A DNA stretch of 64,000 nt from Sphagnum compactum (taxonomy: Eukaryota): the NCBI GenBank assembly GCA_965153455.1, contig OZ234493.1, forward strand, positions 5,580,001 to 5,644,000, in the 5' to 3' direction. The notes under the pieces are model-generated. The model did no database searches. It was given only the letters and a program-made list of their open reading frames with translations, and had not been told where the DNA came from. The translations under genes were made by a program, and so were the position numbers. This document shows, one piece after another, positions 25,988 to 39,252 of this stretch (the stretch's first letter is position 1; each line of letters opens with the position of its first letter).

Positions 25988-28517
25988 GATTCTGGCAAAA
26001 CTGGGATGTAAAGTTAGTGTTACACAACAAACGGTCGCCCAGCAAACTGGGGAGGTGGGCTAACTGGGATCTAAAGTTAGCGTACTAGTTAACGGTAACT
26101 CAGCATCTTCGGAGATGGTCTAACTTACCACTAAATGCCTCGTCTTCTTCTTCAAGTGTTTGACTGGTTCTATGTTCATAACTGGTTTTGGTGTCTTTTT
26201 CACGTACTATGTATTTTGGGTATTTTGCATATTTTCCTAGGTGGGATTGGTGATCCTTAGTTTGTTTCACTTGTGGTATGATTAGAATAGGGGAGCCTGG
26301 GTTACACTTTGAAACATGTCTTAGTAGAACCAAGGAATGTTATTTCGTGAGCATGTGAGAGAGCAGCAAGAGTTGGTAATCCTACCTATTGTCACCTATT
26401 ATGCTTGGATTTTGCTAAGGCCTCATGATGAGATTTGTGTGTCATTGTGTCCTTTTTTTTTTGACAAATAGGCAACTTGAAATAGTAGCAAGAGGATTTG
26501 AATATCGCTTAAAGGTTCAATATCATTCAATGATATGCCCTTTAAGGCTTGTTACAAGGTATCATGTTAAACTTTATAATACAATGCATTGGGCTCATTC
26601 CCTAATTTTTTTTATATTGGGACAAGAAAGGTGTGTAAGAATTCTAGGATGGGACTAGGATGATATTTTCAAGTTGCATTCATGGACACATCAAAATGCA
26701 TGGATCAAGAAAAAAAGACAAACAATTCATTTGGAGTCAAATTGATACATGAACAAGCCTTGAACTCACAAGGTTCACTATGGTCTTGAAAAGAGTTATC
26801 ACCCTTATAATATATTCTACATTTTTTCATGAAAACATTTGAAATGGCACTTTTTTGAAATTTTTAAATTGCCAATATATGGGTTTTCTCACTTTGTAAG
26901 ATCATATTTTGTCATTTTGTTTACAAATTTGGAAGTTTGAACAATAGAAAAGTTATTTTTTGGAGTCTTCATTTAACTCCCATACACTTTCATTTCACAC
27001 AATGTGCTTGCACTCATTTGCACACTCCACATATCAATCCTTGTTTGGCCCAAATCCAATTGGAAATATTCATCTTCTTTTCATTTTTGGGAAGAAATTT
27101 TGTTATCAATACCAAGAATTAGTTGTGCACTCAAGTTAAGGTCATTCAAAATATCAGAATGTACAATGCAAAAAAAACTTGAACTTTTATTTCAAGAAAA
27201 AAAAATTATGTTAAATGTGTTATGTTTGTTATTTAGTTAAGTCACAATTAATGTGGTGCTAGCCTGGGTTAGCTTAATTAATTTGGTTCAATGGTCATTA
27301 ATGAAGAATCAATTTTAATGTGAATAGTTGATGTTGATGTCGAGCTTCAATGGTCTTTTTTTTTTAAATGTGAAATTTTTTAGGAGGTAACCTAGAACGC
27401 CAGCCAGAAATACTGGATGTTCATGAGGCCACATTAGCTGTCCTTATTGCAGATCTCAAACAAGATCTTAAGACTTCGAGTAATAGGTGACATGAGGAGT
27501 TGTACACAGAATGTAGGTAAACGGTAACCCTAATTTGTTATTCCTACCTTGCAAATAGTGTTCACATCTACTTTTAGATCCCCAAGATCAGTGGTGGTGG
27601 TGATGGTGAAAGAAAATGAGAAAAGTAAACACATATTTTCACTTGGTGGCTGGGTGCAAACAGCACAACAAGCTAAAGAATTAGTGATCAGTGTGCTTGA
27701 AAAGCTTAAGTTCACCATTCAAGAAAAGGTTTATGTTGTCGAACTTTGAATATTTAGGGGGACACAAACCATTTGAGTTGCCATTGATAGTTTGTTTAAA
27801 CAATCTAATGTCAGTTGACTTTTATTTCACATCCTTATCCTGACCCAAATAAGGTACCCTAGAGATAGTATATTTTACCTAACAAGTTATATAAGCACCA
27901 AACATGCCTTTGGTTGGGACCATGAATCTCCATGTGTCAACTATGATTGAAATAATGATTTAGTGTTCAAATTTTTGTGATGTCCACTTGAAAACATTTT
28001 GGTGAGGAAATGGTTACAATTGTAAAATAGAAGGGATCATTTTAGTTTTGGGCAAAGGTAACCAACAGCATGGAGGATGGTCTACAAAACATGTTGTGAC
28101 AAACATAATAGGCTTAGTTAGAAAATTGGTTGAAGGATGTCGCAATGTTGGAGGAGCAAATGCATTAGATGTTGTGGGGATGGAAGGTAGAATTACAAAG
28201 TTGTCCCTGCTTCTTCATTGTTGGTATGTCCTTTGACATTCTCCTTTTTTGTTATTCACATGTTTGAAATTATCAATGCAAGGGGGCACTCAAACTAAAT
28301 TTTTCATGTTGTTAGTGCAGGCAGAAACTTGTTCCTTAGAGTCCATAAACACATGGAGTGGTGTTGCAATTAAAATGGTGAAGATGATGATGTTATAGTA
28401 GCATAATTTGACATCCTAACTTGATATCCTAAATTGACATAACTTCACATATGCACCTCAACACAATCCCTGTAAGACACAAGTGTTTGGCTTTTGTTCC
28501 AATTGTTGTCCCTACAA

Positions 28518-29427
28518 TGACGCACCTCCAAACTCCTTGATTGATTCAAATGCGAGTCCCAAAGTGAAAATAATGGAAGAAGGAGTTGGGTTACATTCTT
28601 TCGCTCATAGCACTTCAAAGGTAAAAGGGCGTGCTGAAGTTTCGAAATGAGGACTAGGGCGAATGACAAGCTGGTCAATTATTCATATGCATTTGCACAA
28701 ACCAAACAACAAGTTGGTTAGTCCATAGTTGAAGCACTTTGGTGCACGAACAAACCATGGGCATGCACAGACTCACAAAACTCACCACGGCTAAAACTTA
28801 AGGGAAGCTACCACCTTCTCCCTTACAATATTTTTTGTGATTGGCTAAGGGGGCTACACCCAAATGTCATTTTTCCCAAAACTCCCAAGTCAAGAGTCCC
28901 AAAATTCCTGAAATTAGGACTCCCATCACATTGGACACTTATAATTTATTGTTCAGAGCTCTGATTGAGGTGAGGTTTAAAGCAAAATTATAGCCTTGTC
29001 AAAAGCTTTTCAACGATATGTTACACGCCCCTTATGTGCACATAATTCAGGGTGATTCTTACTTTTAGTGGTCCAAAATCAATTGACAATTTGACTCCTG
29101 GCCCTTCCTTCGGCCATAACTTGTGTTATAAGTACTCAAATGGATCATGTGAGCCCATTCTAGACATCTCCATCTCAAGATCTTCCAATGGTGTAAATAA
29201 ATCTTCAATTCAATGAGTTTTGACCTCTCAAATTCCTTTCTGAAGAGTCAAGAGTCCATCAGGACTCCAACTCCCAAAGTGAGAGTCCAATTGGGAGTAT
29301 GTGGGTTCATTTCCTCACACTTTCCCGCACTCCTAGGAGTGTGAATGTGACTCCCAAGTTGCACTTTTGGCTTGCACCTTTCCATGCCCCTTGCTTTAGT
29401 TGCAAGCCCAAGGCTAAGGTCATGACA
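28518..29427. mobile_element. Solo LTR (910 bp)
   Basis: TG...CA termini (TGACGCACC...GGTCATGACA) with a perfect 5-bp TSD TACAA (28513-28517 and 29428-29432). No internal coding sequence. Confidence 0.88.
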
Positions 29428-31020
29428 TACAAAACATGTTCAATGAAGTAATGACGGTTTAATTTACTGTTTCAATTTCCACAAAGAAATGGCTTTGAGT
29501 GAAAGTGTTCCAAACATGTGCTCAATGTTGATGCCAGGTGGGATTGACCGAAAGATGACCTTCTATTTGCAGCATTAACAACTCATGTCAATGGGAGAGT
29601 GGTTAGTATTCCAGAATTGCACAAAGTTACCAACCCCGAGACAACTTGGATTGTTATTCTCTTCTCCTTCTTTTAAATCCTTGTTTCTAGTTCTTTAATT
29701 TGGTTAGAGTCATGTCAAAAGGTTGGCCTTTTACAGGTTACAATTAAGGATTCCTCCACACACACACTGACTTGAATCCATTTTGTCAGAAAGGAACCAT
29801 GCATAATTTTTTTCAAACAAGAGACTTGGATTTCTTGAGCATGGTTGTAGTGAAGGTTGACATAATGTTTTCCTATTCCAGCACAACAGCAGAAACGAAC
29901 TTAGTCCACAATCTCCAGTGACATTTGTGACCATGTTTAAGGTATATAATGATGCATGGACTGGGGTTCTATAAGCACATAATCATATGATGGCACTGTT
30001 ACATGGAAAATTGTTATGTGAATAATTATATTTTGACAAACCACATCATGCATTTAAAAGTGCAAATAAAAGCAACATTCATTTATTAACTATGCTCTCG
30101 TTAAACAAAACTAGCCTAAAGGTTATTTTTAAATGGTACCTATTTAAATATGAGCTCTATTGTCGAATTGATTGCATCTTTCATATTTGATTTTCCTCTT
30201 GAGTAGGAGGGTCAAGGTGAAGGTAGCGATTCTAAAAAAGGTATCCTATTAGAATTTTCAACAGTTCAACCTTGAATCAAATTTGTCATCTATACATATC
30301 TTCATGGACTTCAGAGTTGATTTTATGGTTTTGGATGATAATTCTTTATTCTTGTAGATTTATGGATTACAAATAGAGCAAATTTTTTTTGAAGAAAACA
30401 CATGTGTCTAATTTGAAGAGGACACATGTGTCTAATGAATGGTGAAATCATGCAAATGACAATGCAAATGAACTTGATTTTTGAGGTACAACATCTGATC
30501 AAGACATAGTTCATCCAATCTCATTTCATTTGCACATGGGATCTTCCCAGTGGAGATTAGTAATCTCTATGGCATACTTGAATGGCAAGAGGACTTTAAG
30601 TTCACACATGTTTGGTAGACAGATTAGGAAGTTCATAGCATTATGACCTTGTGAATGCCATATTGATAGTCAAATGCAATGTTGGAGGCTCATAAGCACA
30701 ATACGTTTAATAATGTTCATGTTAACCTAACTCACTAATGACAAAATAAACTATTATGAACCTTGAAACAAGTGTTTTTGAAGAAAGCAGGAATAGAAAA
30801 TACATCAATTGTGTTTATTTTCAGTGACACACAATTGAAGTGTAATTTTTGAAGGACATTGAAACAAGATTTGAAAGATTTGAAAATTTATAAATTAATT
30901 TGACATTTGAAATCTCTAACTAAAGACCTTTTGATGAGTGCAAATGGCAGGTGAAAAGGAGCAAAAAAGGTGTACAATTCATAGAGGTGGCGCTACGATA
31001 TTAGAGGAAGGCATGTAGGA

Positions 31021-32150
31021 ATGGGGGGTGCGTGTCCTTAGAAGCAGCAACAAGGGAATCCAAAAAATGAGGAGGCAAGAATTCATGCAGGACCCATTTG
31101 TAAACTGAATCGCAGCATAAGTTTATGGTGGTCCCTAAAGCTGACAATAATGCAGATGTCAAAAAGTTTTACCAAGCATCATGACTCATTGTCCACACCA
31201 TCTCATTTGGAGCTATATGTTCAAATGCTTTGCTAGGTAAAAAGTTTGTATGAAGTTTTTCCCAAATGAATTATATTGGGTCACTACCATGGTAAGAATT
31301 TATCTGTGTTGTCTCATATGAAATATGGTATGTTGCAGAACATTTGAAGGTATAGAACTTTGTCAGCAATTCCCCATGATTTAATGCAATAGATTTTGAA
31401 TGAGCTTGTGAACCACCAACTTTTAGCTACACCTATCCTCCATGTTTTTCTAAACTTTGCTTTGCAGGTAAATTATGATATTTGGAGCTTCTCATTCTCC
31501 TATTTTTATTATGCATCTCAATTTTCCATAGTGGTGAGACGAGGCCTTTTCTTGCTCCAATGTGTTTGTGTAATTTGTTGCAAAGTGGCAGACTATCATT
31601 TGAAACATACATTTGGGGGTGCAAGGGTGGGATGTAATGTTGGAAAAGTACCCAGGAGTGGACAATACACAATTAGATGTTATTGGAACACAGGGCTCAT
31701 CACTGCTGGCTCTAGATATATCAGGCTCTATTGTTACTAATGCAAGCTTTAAAGTTCTTCAAGTGGGTAACACTCTATAGACCCTGATTTTGAGTTCTTG
31801 TGACCATGTTTCCAATGCTTCTTTCGTCTGTTTGACAGGCAAATTCCTTTGCCCCAGTACTTAAATTCCCCATCTCAAGACCTAAATTTTATAATTTTAT
31901 TAACTTATAGAATTGTCTCCTTAGAAGAAGCATCTCATTGTCCAATTGAATCTGATGCACACATTTTTCATCTCTGCAAATGGATAATTTTTTTGCAAGT
32001 CAAAAAGTCTCTAAATTCTAGGCATTTGGGAATCTAACATCACTGAGTTTTTGAAGCAACAACTTGATTATAGCTAATGGCATGCACTATTTTGCACATC
32101 TTATTAAGGTTGTTGGGAATTAGAGTTTTTGTTGGTCTAACAGGTATGAA
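31021..32150 (+). pseudogene. Unprocessed pseudogene of an MGGAC-type leucine-rich-repeat (RNI-like) protein
   Basis: ATG 31021 gives MGGACP*KQ. Later exon-like blocks are RYRTLSAIPHDLMQ*ILNELVNHQLL...FALQ|gt, KYPGVDNTQLDVIGTQGSSLLALDISGSIVT and FGNLTSLSF*SNNLIIANGM. These match the recalled family (At1g15740-like) in order, with stops and frameshifts. Confidence 0.8.
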
Positions 32151-33760
32151 TTTACAGAATCCATGACTCTAGCAAATGAATTGACTTTGGTGCAGATTAA
32201 CGTTCCTTATTACTAGATTTGTTGCATTTTGCAGACAAGCTTCTTGAATGCATACACAATCAAAACATTGTACTTTGGATGGTGAGCTTGTGTTTGTGGA
32301 TTTTCTATCCATGATTTGTGACACTTGCGTGATGTCATTGTCACCACTATATTTTGAAGTGGATGACTTGTTGTTTTTTTTACCAAATCAAGTATTTGGG
32401 AGCAATTGATGAAAAGGATTTTTTTGGTTATATAATGTAGGCACTCTACATATCATGAAATTGCAATAATGACTATAATGGCGTACCTTTCATATATCTT
32501 AACAGAGGTATGTTTTGCCAAGATTGGTAGAAGTATGTTTTGGGTTAATGGTTGAACTTGTTTGGAATGTAGAGGTCTCTCTTTCATTTCTTGGAGAAGA
32601 ATTAGGCCTTTCACCTTTCAAGTATCGACCTTCATGGATTGATGCAGTGTTTCCTTCTTGTGTATATAGCTCCTTTTTCTCAGTGGTATTCTTAGTTTTC
32701 TTTTGCAGGATTGTTATGTCACATTTACACATGGCACAATGTTTTAGAAAGCTCTCGAATTACCACCAAGTATGATCTCCACTTATTGTCTCTTGGGCTC
32801 TTTTTGATGAATATCTAAAATTTGTTTGCTCTATGTTATTTAAGCACACAATATGTGGTAGATTTAATTGATGATTATTCTTGTAAGGGTTTGAGGACTA
32901 TCTTCTAGCAATGTTCAATGAATTCATGTTGGATTTTATTCCACTCCACAAGATAGAGAATGTGGTGTTTAGACAACAAACACAATGAAAATTTGTGTTT
33001 ATTCTACATAAATTATTTTTGTGGATGAGAATGTTGTTCATGGTTAACTGGGTATGGGGAGTCATTTGAGGGAAATATAAAAAAACTTGTTTATGTGAAG
33101 TTGTGGGTGGTCCCAATGTTGTTCATTCAATACCAAATATCCTATGCCGGGACCATGTGTGACCCAAATTGCATCTTTCATGGTGACAATCATTCTCCAT
33201 GACTTTTTGAGGTGCTCAATACCCAAATGTTGTTTGGAGGATTAACATTGAAAAGTTTCTAGGAACTAAATTTTGTGTTTTCAGACTGTATTAGATATAT
33301 ATTTTGAATGTGACTTTGGGTGGCAAACATGCATATGCAACCATGTCTTTCATTGCAAAAAATTTCATCTTCCTTTACATGGGCATGGATGCCTTGGATG
33401 TTGACAAATGGAAAATGGTCACAACAACGTGAATTTTATGTTTCCCTTGGAATTTTTCTTATTTCTTATTTTTGTAGACTAGTTGTTGTGTATATCATTA
33501 CATCATCTCATTGTTGTGGTGTGTTGGGCAGTCTGGGTCAATCATTTGGGCTTTTTAGTACATTGTTGGTTTTGATCTTGGTGGGTTGAGCAGCATTCAT
33601 GTTCCCTCTGTCAACCCTTTCTAACTACATACACAAATCTTCAAATACCAAGATTGGTATTCACTAGCAGGTACTGACTTCCCCCTTGCTTTGTGTTCCA
33701 CATCTACATGTTTAAAGGCTGAATCCATAGCCCTAGTTCTGCTATGGTGAAAAATTAAAT

Positions 33761-33951
33761 TATGCACATGGAATCAATGCTCATCTGGAGTTTTTAGAAG
33801 GTACTTGGAAAGCTTATGCAGACCTTTTGTATCATGGTAATTATTAATACTATGGTGAGTACCCTCAGGGAGCTGGAAAATACCTTGAAAAAGTTGGTCT
33901 CCTTCCACATTTTGCTGGTGTTGATTATGAAATGGGTTCAAGCAGAGTAAG
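33761..33951 (+). pseudogene. Exon-like fragment of an unidentified gene
   Basis: Protein-like reading YAHGINAHLEFLEGTWKAYADLLYHGNY*YYGEYPQGAGKYLEKVGLLPHFAGVDYEMGSSRV with one stop, ending at an AG|GTAAG donor. Family not recognised. Confidence 0.3.
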
Positions 33952-34759
33952 GTAAGACAAAATTTGTTCTATCCTTTATTACAACAATAAAAAAAAAGAT
34001 ATGAATGTACAATATGATATGTTATGTCTTATTTTTGTTGCTTCCAATAAATTGGTTCACACGAAAGGCGTACTCTAAATACATTATATCCTAATTTAAT
34101 GTGTTTTAAACTTTTTTATAAGTTGTTTTTCTTTTCTATCAACTAAATAATTCTTCGTAGTGGTATATTCAATATGAAGATTGAAGTGCATGTGGAATGG
34201 TTTGAATTTGGAAGCATCATCTTTCATCTTCTTTGGAGGACAATGTGCATGTTGTTCAAAAAAAAAATTTGCATCAATTGATTATCTAACATACATTCAA
34301 CCTATGTCCCTACATACATAACATTGCAAATTACACATTAGTAATTACTATTATCATATGTGTCCAACATTGTAGTGGTGCACCACACAACAAACAAGAT
34401 AGTGAACATCACTTGCATCAAGACTATAGCAGTTCGGCCACACAACAAATGGGCCACTAGACAATAACATGTGGATCAACACTACAATGGTGGTGTAAAG
34501 GTTGAATAAACAAAAGAATCAAGAACTTCATGTGCATCAACATTACAGTGCTGCATCCAAAATAAATAGAACAATCAACAATTTTTGCACCAACGTTGTA
34601 ACAATGTAAGTCCAAACATGATAGTCAACGTCATTTGCATCAACAATGCAACAACATAAGGTTCACATAACAAACAGGAAGTCAATATTACAATACTTCA
34701 ACCAATATGCATAAGAAACAAATTATTGCACGGAACTTAAAACTTGCATGCAAATGATT

Positions 34760-35470
34760 ATATACACACTAATAAGCCGATTTATTTCTTTCCATTTTTT
34801 GTTCATGATGCAATTGCTATGTTTGCTGGGTTTGCAATTGAGGATTTTTCATTCTATGTATTGTGGTTGGCCATGTGTTCTATCAAGTTGGAAGCTTGTT
34901 CAAATGATAAATTTGACCACACGCTCGTGTCCACAATCTCAAAGTCCGAATAGAACTTGTACATTTGAAATGGTGCAAGGTCTCTTGTGACCACTTCTTT
35001 CAACATTTTTTTGCCTTCCAATTGGTGAGGTTATCTTCAATATCCACATACTCTAATCCAAAAACCTCCAACATAACTTTCATGTATCCTGCATAAATTT
35101 TCACATGTTGCATTGGTTGGAAAACCTCATTGAATCATTTTGTTACATCAAATATTCAAGTAACAATTGATGAAGAACTTTAGACTAACTTGGACAGGGA
35201 AATGCACCATGCTTCTGCAGGAAAGTTATTTTCTTATTAGCATACTCTGTCACAAATTCATTTACTTTTGCCACATATTTGAAAGTCGGTGGAATCTTGA
35301 AATCCCTAAATCTGCAAACATCAAGTAGCTTTCGTTGTGCTTCAGTTGGTCGGTATGTCTTCTCAACCTTTGGTTTTTTGGGTTTAATTATTGCATTATG
35401 AGTTAACTCAATTTTCAACTTACATAACAATGCTCCATAATTGACTTTTGTTTTAACATTTTCTACCATT
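34760..35470 (-). mobile_element. Degenerate transposon-associated ORF (possibly CACTA TnpA/Ptta-like)
   Basis: A 94-aa ORF followed by interrupted coding-like sequence (..TSFQLDR...KPSKHSNCIMNKKWKEI..), loosely resembling En/Spm second ORFs. Confidence 0.3.
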
Positions 35471-36796
35471 ATCCATGAAGTTTTGATCCTCTCAATAGTA
35501 TTGTCACTTTGTGATATTATGAATCACATTCTACTACACAAATGTTGCTAGATTGAATGCTAAAATCCCTTTTAATACTAAATACTTGGCAAATTAGATA
35601 TTGTTGGGCACCTTGATGGACTTTAGTGACAATGTAAACCATATGGTTAACATGTGTACAATACAAAATAGAAAGCTGAAAATCACAAGGGACTTGTATT
35701 ACTTGTGTTCTAGGCCCATACAATAGGTTTGCAACTTGGCAACTTCTATTTTTGGGTTTTGGTGGACTTTAATGACAATGTAAACCATATGGCTGACATG
35801 TGTATAGTACAAAATAAAAAGTTGAAAATCAAGAAATGGCACTTTCTAGCATCTAATTTTTAATTGTGTTTTGTTTTGGATTATGTAAGAATCAGTCTAA
35901 GTATGTTAGTTTCTAAATTATCTAGTAATAGTTATGAACAAAAGATGTGCTTCTATAAGCATGTATACAAATAGTATTTGTTTTTGTAGTTTTCTTGTCA
36001 CAACATGTGCCAACAACCATTGTATAACAATACATGCAAAGCCTAGTTGCATTGTTCCTTGGTTTGTTCAACTTTCCCTATTATAGGGGCGTTATTTCAT
36101 CTTTTCCACCATGTAGTAGTTACTTTTACATCAATTGCTTTAACATTTTTACACATGTTAGTTTTTAAATTAATCAACAAGAGTTATACTTATGTAAGCA
36201 TGTATTAGTAATAGAATATTTATTGGTTACATTCAAATTATTGCATGTATGTGCATGTTTTCAAAAACAAAGGGATGCACATAAAAGAACTATGAAGTAG
36301 AAATACAAAATACTTGAATCACTAAGAAGATAGTCCCCAATAATGCTCCCATGGAATTTTGTGGCGATGATGTCATACAAATCTTATGAATCCAACTATT
36401 TCTGAAGTTTTGTGAACTTGAAGAAATTTGCAACATTGTTGAATGCTCCAGAGAGTAGGATCATTGTTACATCACCTAGAGGTTGCAACATTGGATCAAC
36501 AATTATAGTTTACACTCTTTTATACTTCATTGCTTAACTTGCTCTCCGATTGGAGTGCTTATCTCTGAAGTAGACAATTATATGTAGACAACATGACCAC
36601 ATGAAATTCACAAAAATATCTTTAATGGCATGTATGTAGTAATAAGATTGTGAAGTATGACAGCATCATTTTTGGCAAAGGTATCTCATTTGGATATATT
36701 CTTTCAAGGTTCTCAATGGTTTGCCAAGAATAGGAACTTGAGTATTATGAATTCATGACCTACTTAACACAAGTGTGTGATTGATGCATTGGGCAG

Positions 36797-36877
36797 GGTG
36801 ACAAGATTTGTCATTGAAAACACAATTGAAGAACGTATAATCAAGTTGTAGGAAAACAAACAACTTGGTTTTTAAGG
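36797..36877 (+). pseudogene. Isolated, decayed late exon of a RAD16-like SNF2 helicase
   Basis: An AG..GT-bounded exon translates as VTRFVIENTIEERIIKL*ENKQLGF*G, matching the SNF2 C-terminal motif VxRFxIENTxEERIxxLQExKxLVFEG, with two stops. Confidence 0.75.
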
Positions 36878-38419
36878 GTATTATGCGCTCTCCCATTTCA
36901 TAAACCACACAGGATTGCATCTTGTAATTAAATTACAAAGCATTTGTCACTCAAGATGGCCAGTCCCATCATCAAGAATTTGAGAGTGGACATTTTAAGC
37001 TAATGAGACAATCTAATTGACTATTGGGTTCTTTGAACTTTTTGAAAATTCATTTGCAAACAATTTGAAAGAGTATATTCATGGACTTAAAACCTATGAG
37101 CTCTATTGTGAAAGAACATAAAACAAGTAAGGTTTCAACTCACTTTTTGGACTTGAGAGTTGTTTGTTGATGACATGAAAGGAGGTGTTTTCCACAATGA
37201 CGACCTAATCTATGGAAGAGTTTGGCATCAATTTTGTTCACAATATATTGCCACAATATATTTGGTCTTTTGTGGGAAAAACAAAAATTGCAAAACCATT
37301 CAAGGAAAACTATGAATGTTTTGCCTTTGACACTTCTCAACCCTCTTGAAGGTGCATGTAGGCACCTTCCAAACGAAAAGATTGTAATGTTTCCTCAATC
37401 CCATACTATAAAAGAGATTTCTTGGATCGATTAAAAAAAAACCCTTATCCATTGTTTTGTTCTATAATCTGACTTGTGTCTTATAAAGTATTGAAAGTGT
37501 GTCAGTTGGTTATATGATCATATTCTTTAAAAAAATACCACTGGTTAGTGCACGTGCTTACAGTTCAACAGCCCCACCTTAGTATGGTGGTTAAGGATCA
37601 AACATTATATAACTTGATTATGAGTTCTTGGCACAAGATTATGTGTATGCTACTATAGCTCATCATGGACTTTCTTATGATGTAGAGAGGATTGTAGTGT
37701 TCACACCATTGGCAGCTTTGATGATGTGTGACTCTTGCAATTTGGTTGTTGCACACTTTTATGCAATATTCAACTGAACCTGACATTCAAACTTATGATG
37801 TAACTTGCAATGCACTGGTAGGATATTTGCAAGAATTATTTTTTCTTGGAAGGTAATATAGACCATTAGCGTCTCCGTCCTTCCTTTCATCCTATAGAAC
37901 AAGAGTTTCATACTTGAAATTCAGGGGATGTTGCAAGTTACTCGAGACCTCAATCTGTGAAGCTTTTTTCTTTCAAACCCTATGTGTTGTTAATGTTCAT
38001 GTAGGTAACCAAAATTGAAGATCTACTTCAGATGTAAATGAATGTCCTTTCATGAAAAGAAGAATTTATATACAATTGATGTAACATTTCATTAAAAACT
38101 ATGAGATTACAGTATAATGTATATTGCTAATGTAGAACAAAGGTTCTATGGAAGATAAAAATGATGTGTTTTCTATATACGTAGGGATTATGTGTTCTGA
38201 ACTTGACTGGAAGATTAACTTTAGGTCTATTGCAACAACTTACTAAAGCAGGTAAAACATTTTCAACACCTAGGTGTATGAAAAGGGCTACCTTGAGGCG
38301 TCTTCTAAGTTATGTCTTGTTAGTGATCTTCTAAGAATTGCATGTTTCCAATATTTGTTGTGTTTTTTTAGTTTGTAACTAAGCATTTTTGATAATATAA
38401 ACAATTTACTGTTGTAGAA

Positions 38420-38804
38420 ACATGTGGATACAAAAAGGACAAAAATTGAAGTTCAAGGCATAAAAGATGGATTTTATGGTGTTTAGTTTCTTGTAATAGT
38501 TTTGAAAACATTTTCAGATATATGTTTGGTTAGATACGATGAATTTGTTAATGAAAATGACAACACAAAACATTTATGTGGAATGGTCCAAATCTCACAA
38601 CTTAGACCACTTCCACCTACCATAAACAACACGTCATGGGTTGAGAATGATGTTATTGAAGTCTATGAGTCTGATTGTCGGTGGGTTGGAAAGATAATAC
38701 GTCGTCTACCTTGTGAAACAAAATATGTTGTATATTACCCTAAAAGTTCAGAAGAAATGCAAGTTGATGCATCATGCATATGGTCTTGTCAAGATTGGGT
38801 GTAA
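38420..38804 (+). pseudogene. Tandem Agenet (plant Tudor-like) domain fragment
   Basis: KIEVQGIKDGFYGV*F...CLVRYDEFV...QLRPLPP...VIEVYESDCRWVGKI...YVVYY..SSEE...QDWV is the typical double-Agenet pattern. The conserved Trp is mutated to a stop. Confidence 0.75.
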
Positions 38805-39252
38805 CTAGACAATGCGCGTAATTTTACTTGGTAACTACACATTATTCGTATGGTATGTATTTTATTTCATTCAATTTTTTCTCTTTTCTTCTGGAAATTT
38901 GGTTTTCACCATATTTAAAACATTTATGCATTAAAAAATATTGTTGGTTGTTGTGTTTATAGGAAAATTCCAAGGCCATAAAAACAAGTTCAACTTCAAA
39001 ACAACAAAAGAACAAAGACAAAATCATCAATAAGAAGGTTCATTGATTGCAACTAAAGGTTTATTTGAAGACTTTAATTACTTTACATGCTGAAAAAAAG
39101 ACTCTAACCAAAGCAAAACATTTTTTGTTAATGGATTTTTGTAAAGTCCTTAATATCAATGAATATGAATCAAATTGCCTATTAAGAAAAATGCTCAAAC
39201 ATGATTAAGATGATATGAAATGGTATGCATCTTGTTAGAAATTAGGTCAAGT

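Noticed and set aside
35616..35830. ~70-bp direct duplication (GGACTTTA.TGACAATGTAAACCATATGG)
   Set aside because: It is an ordinary local duplication in TE-derived DNA with no further structure.
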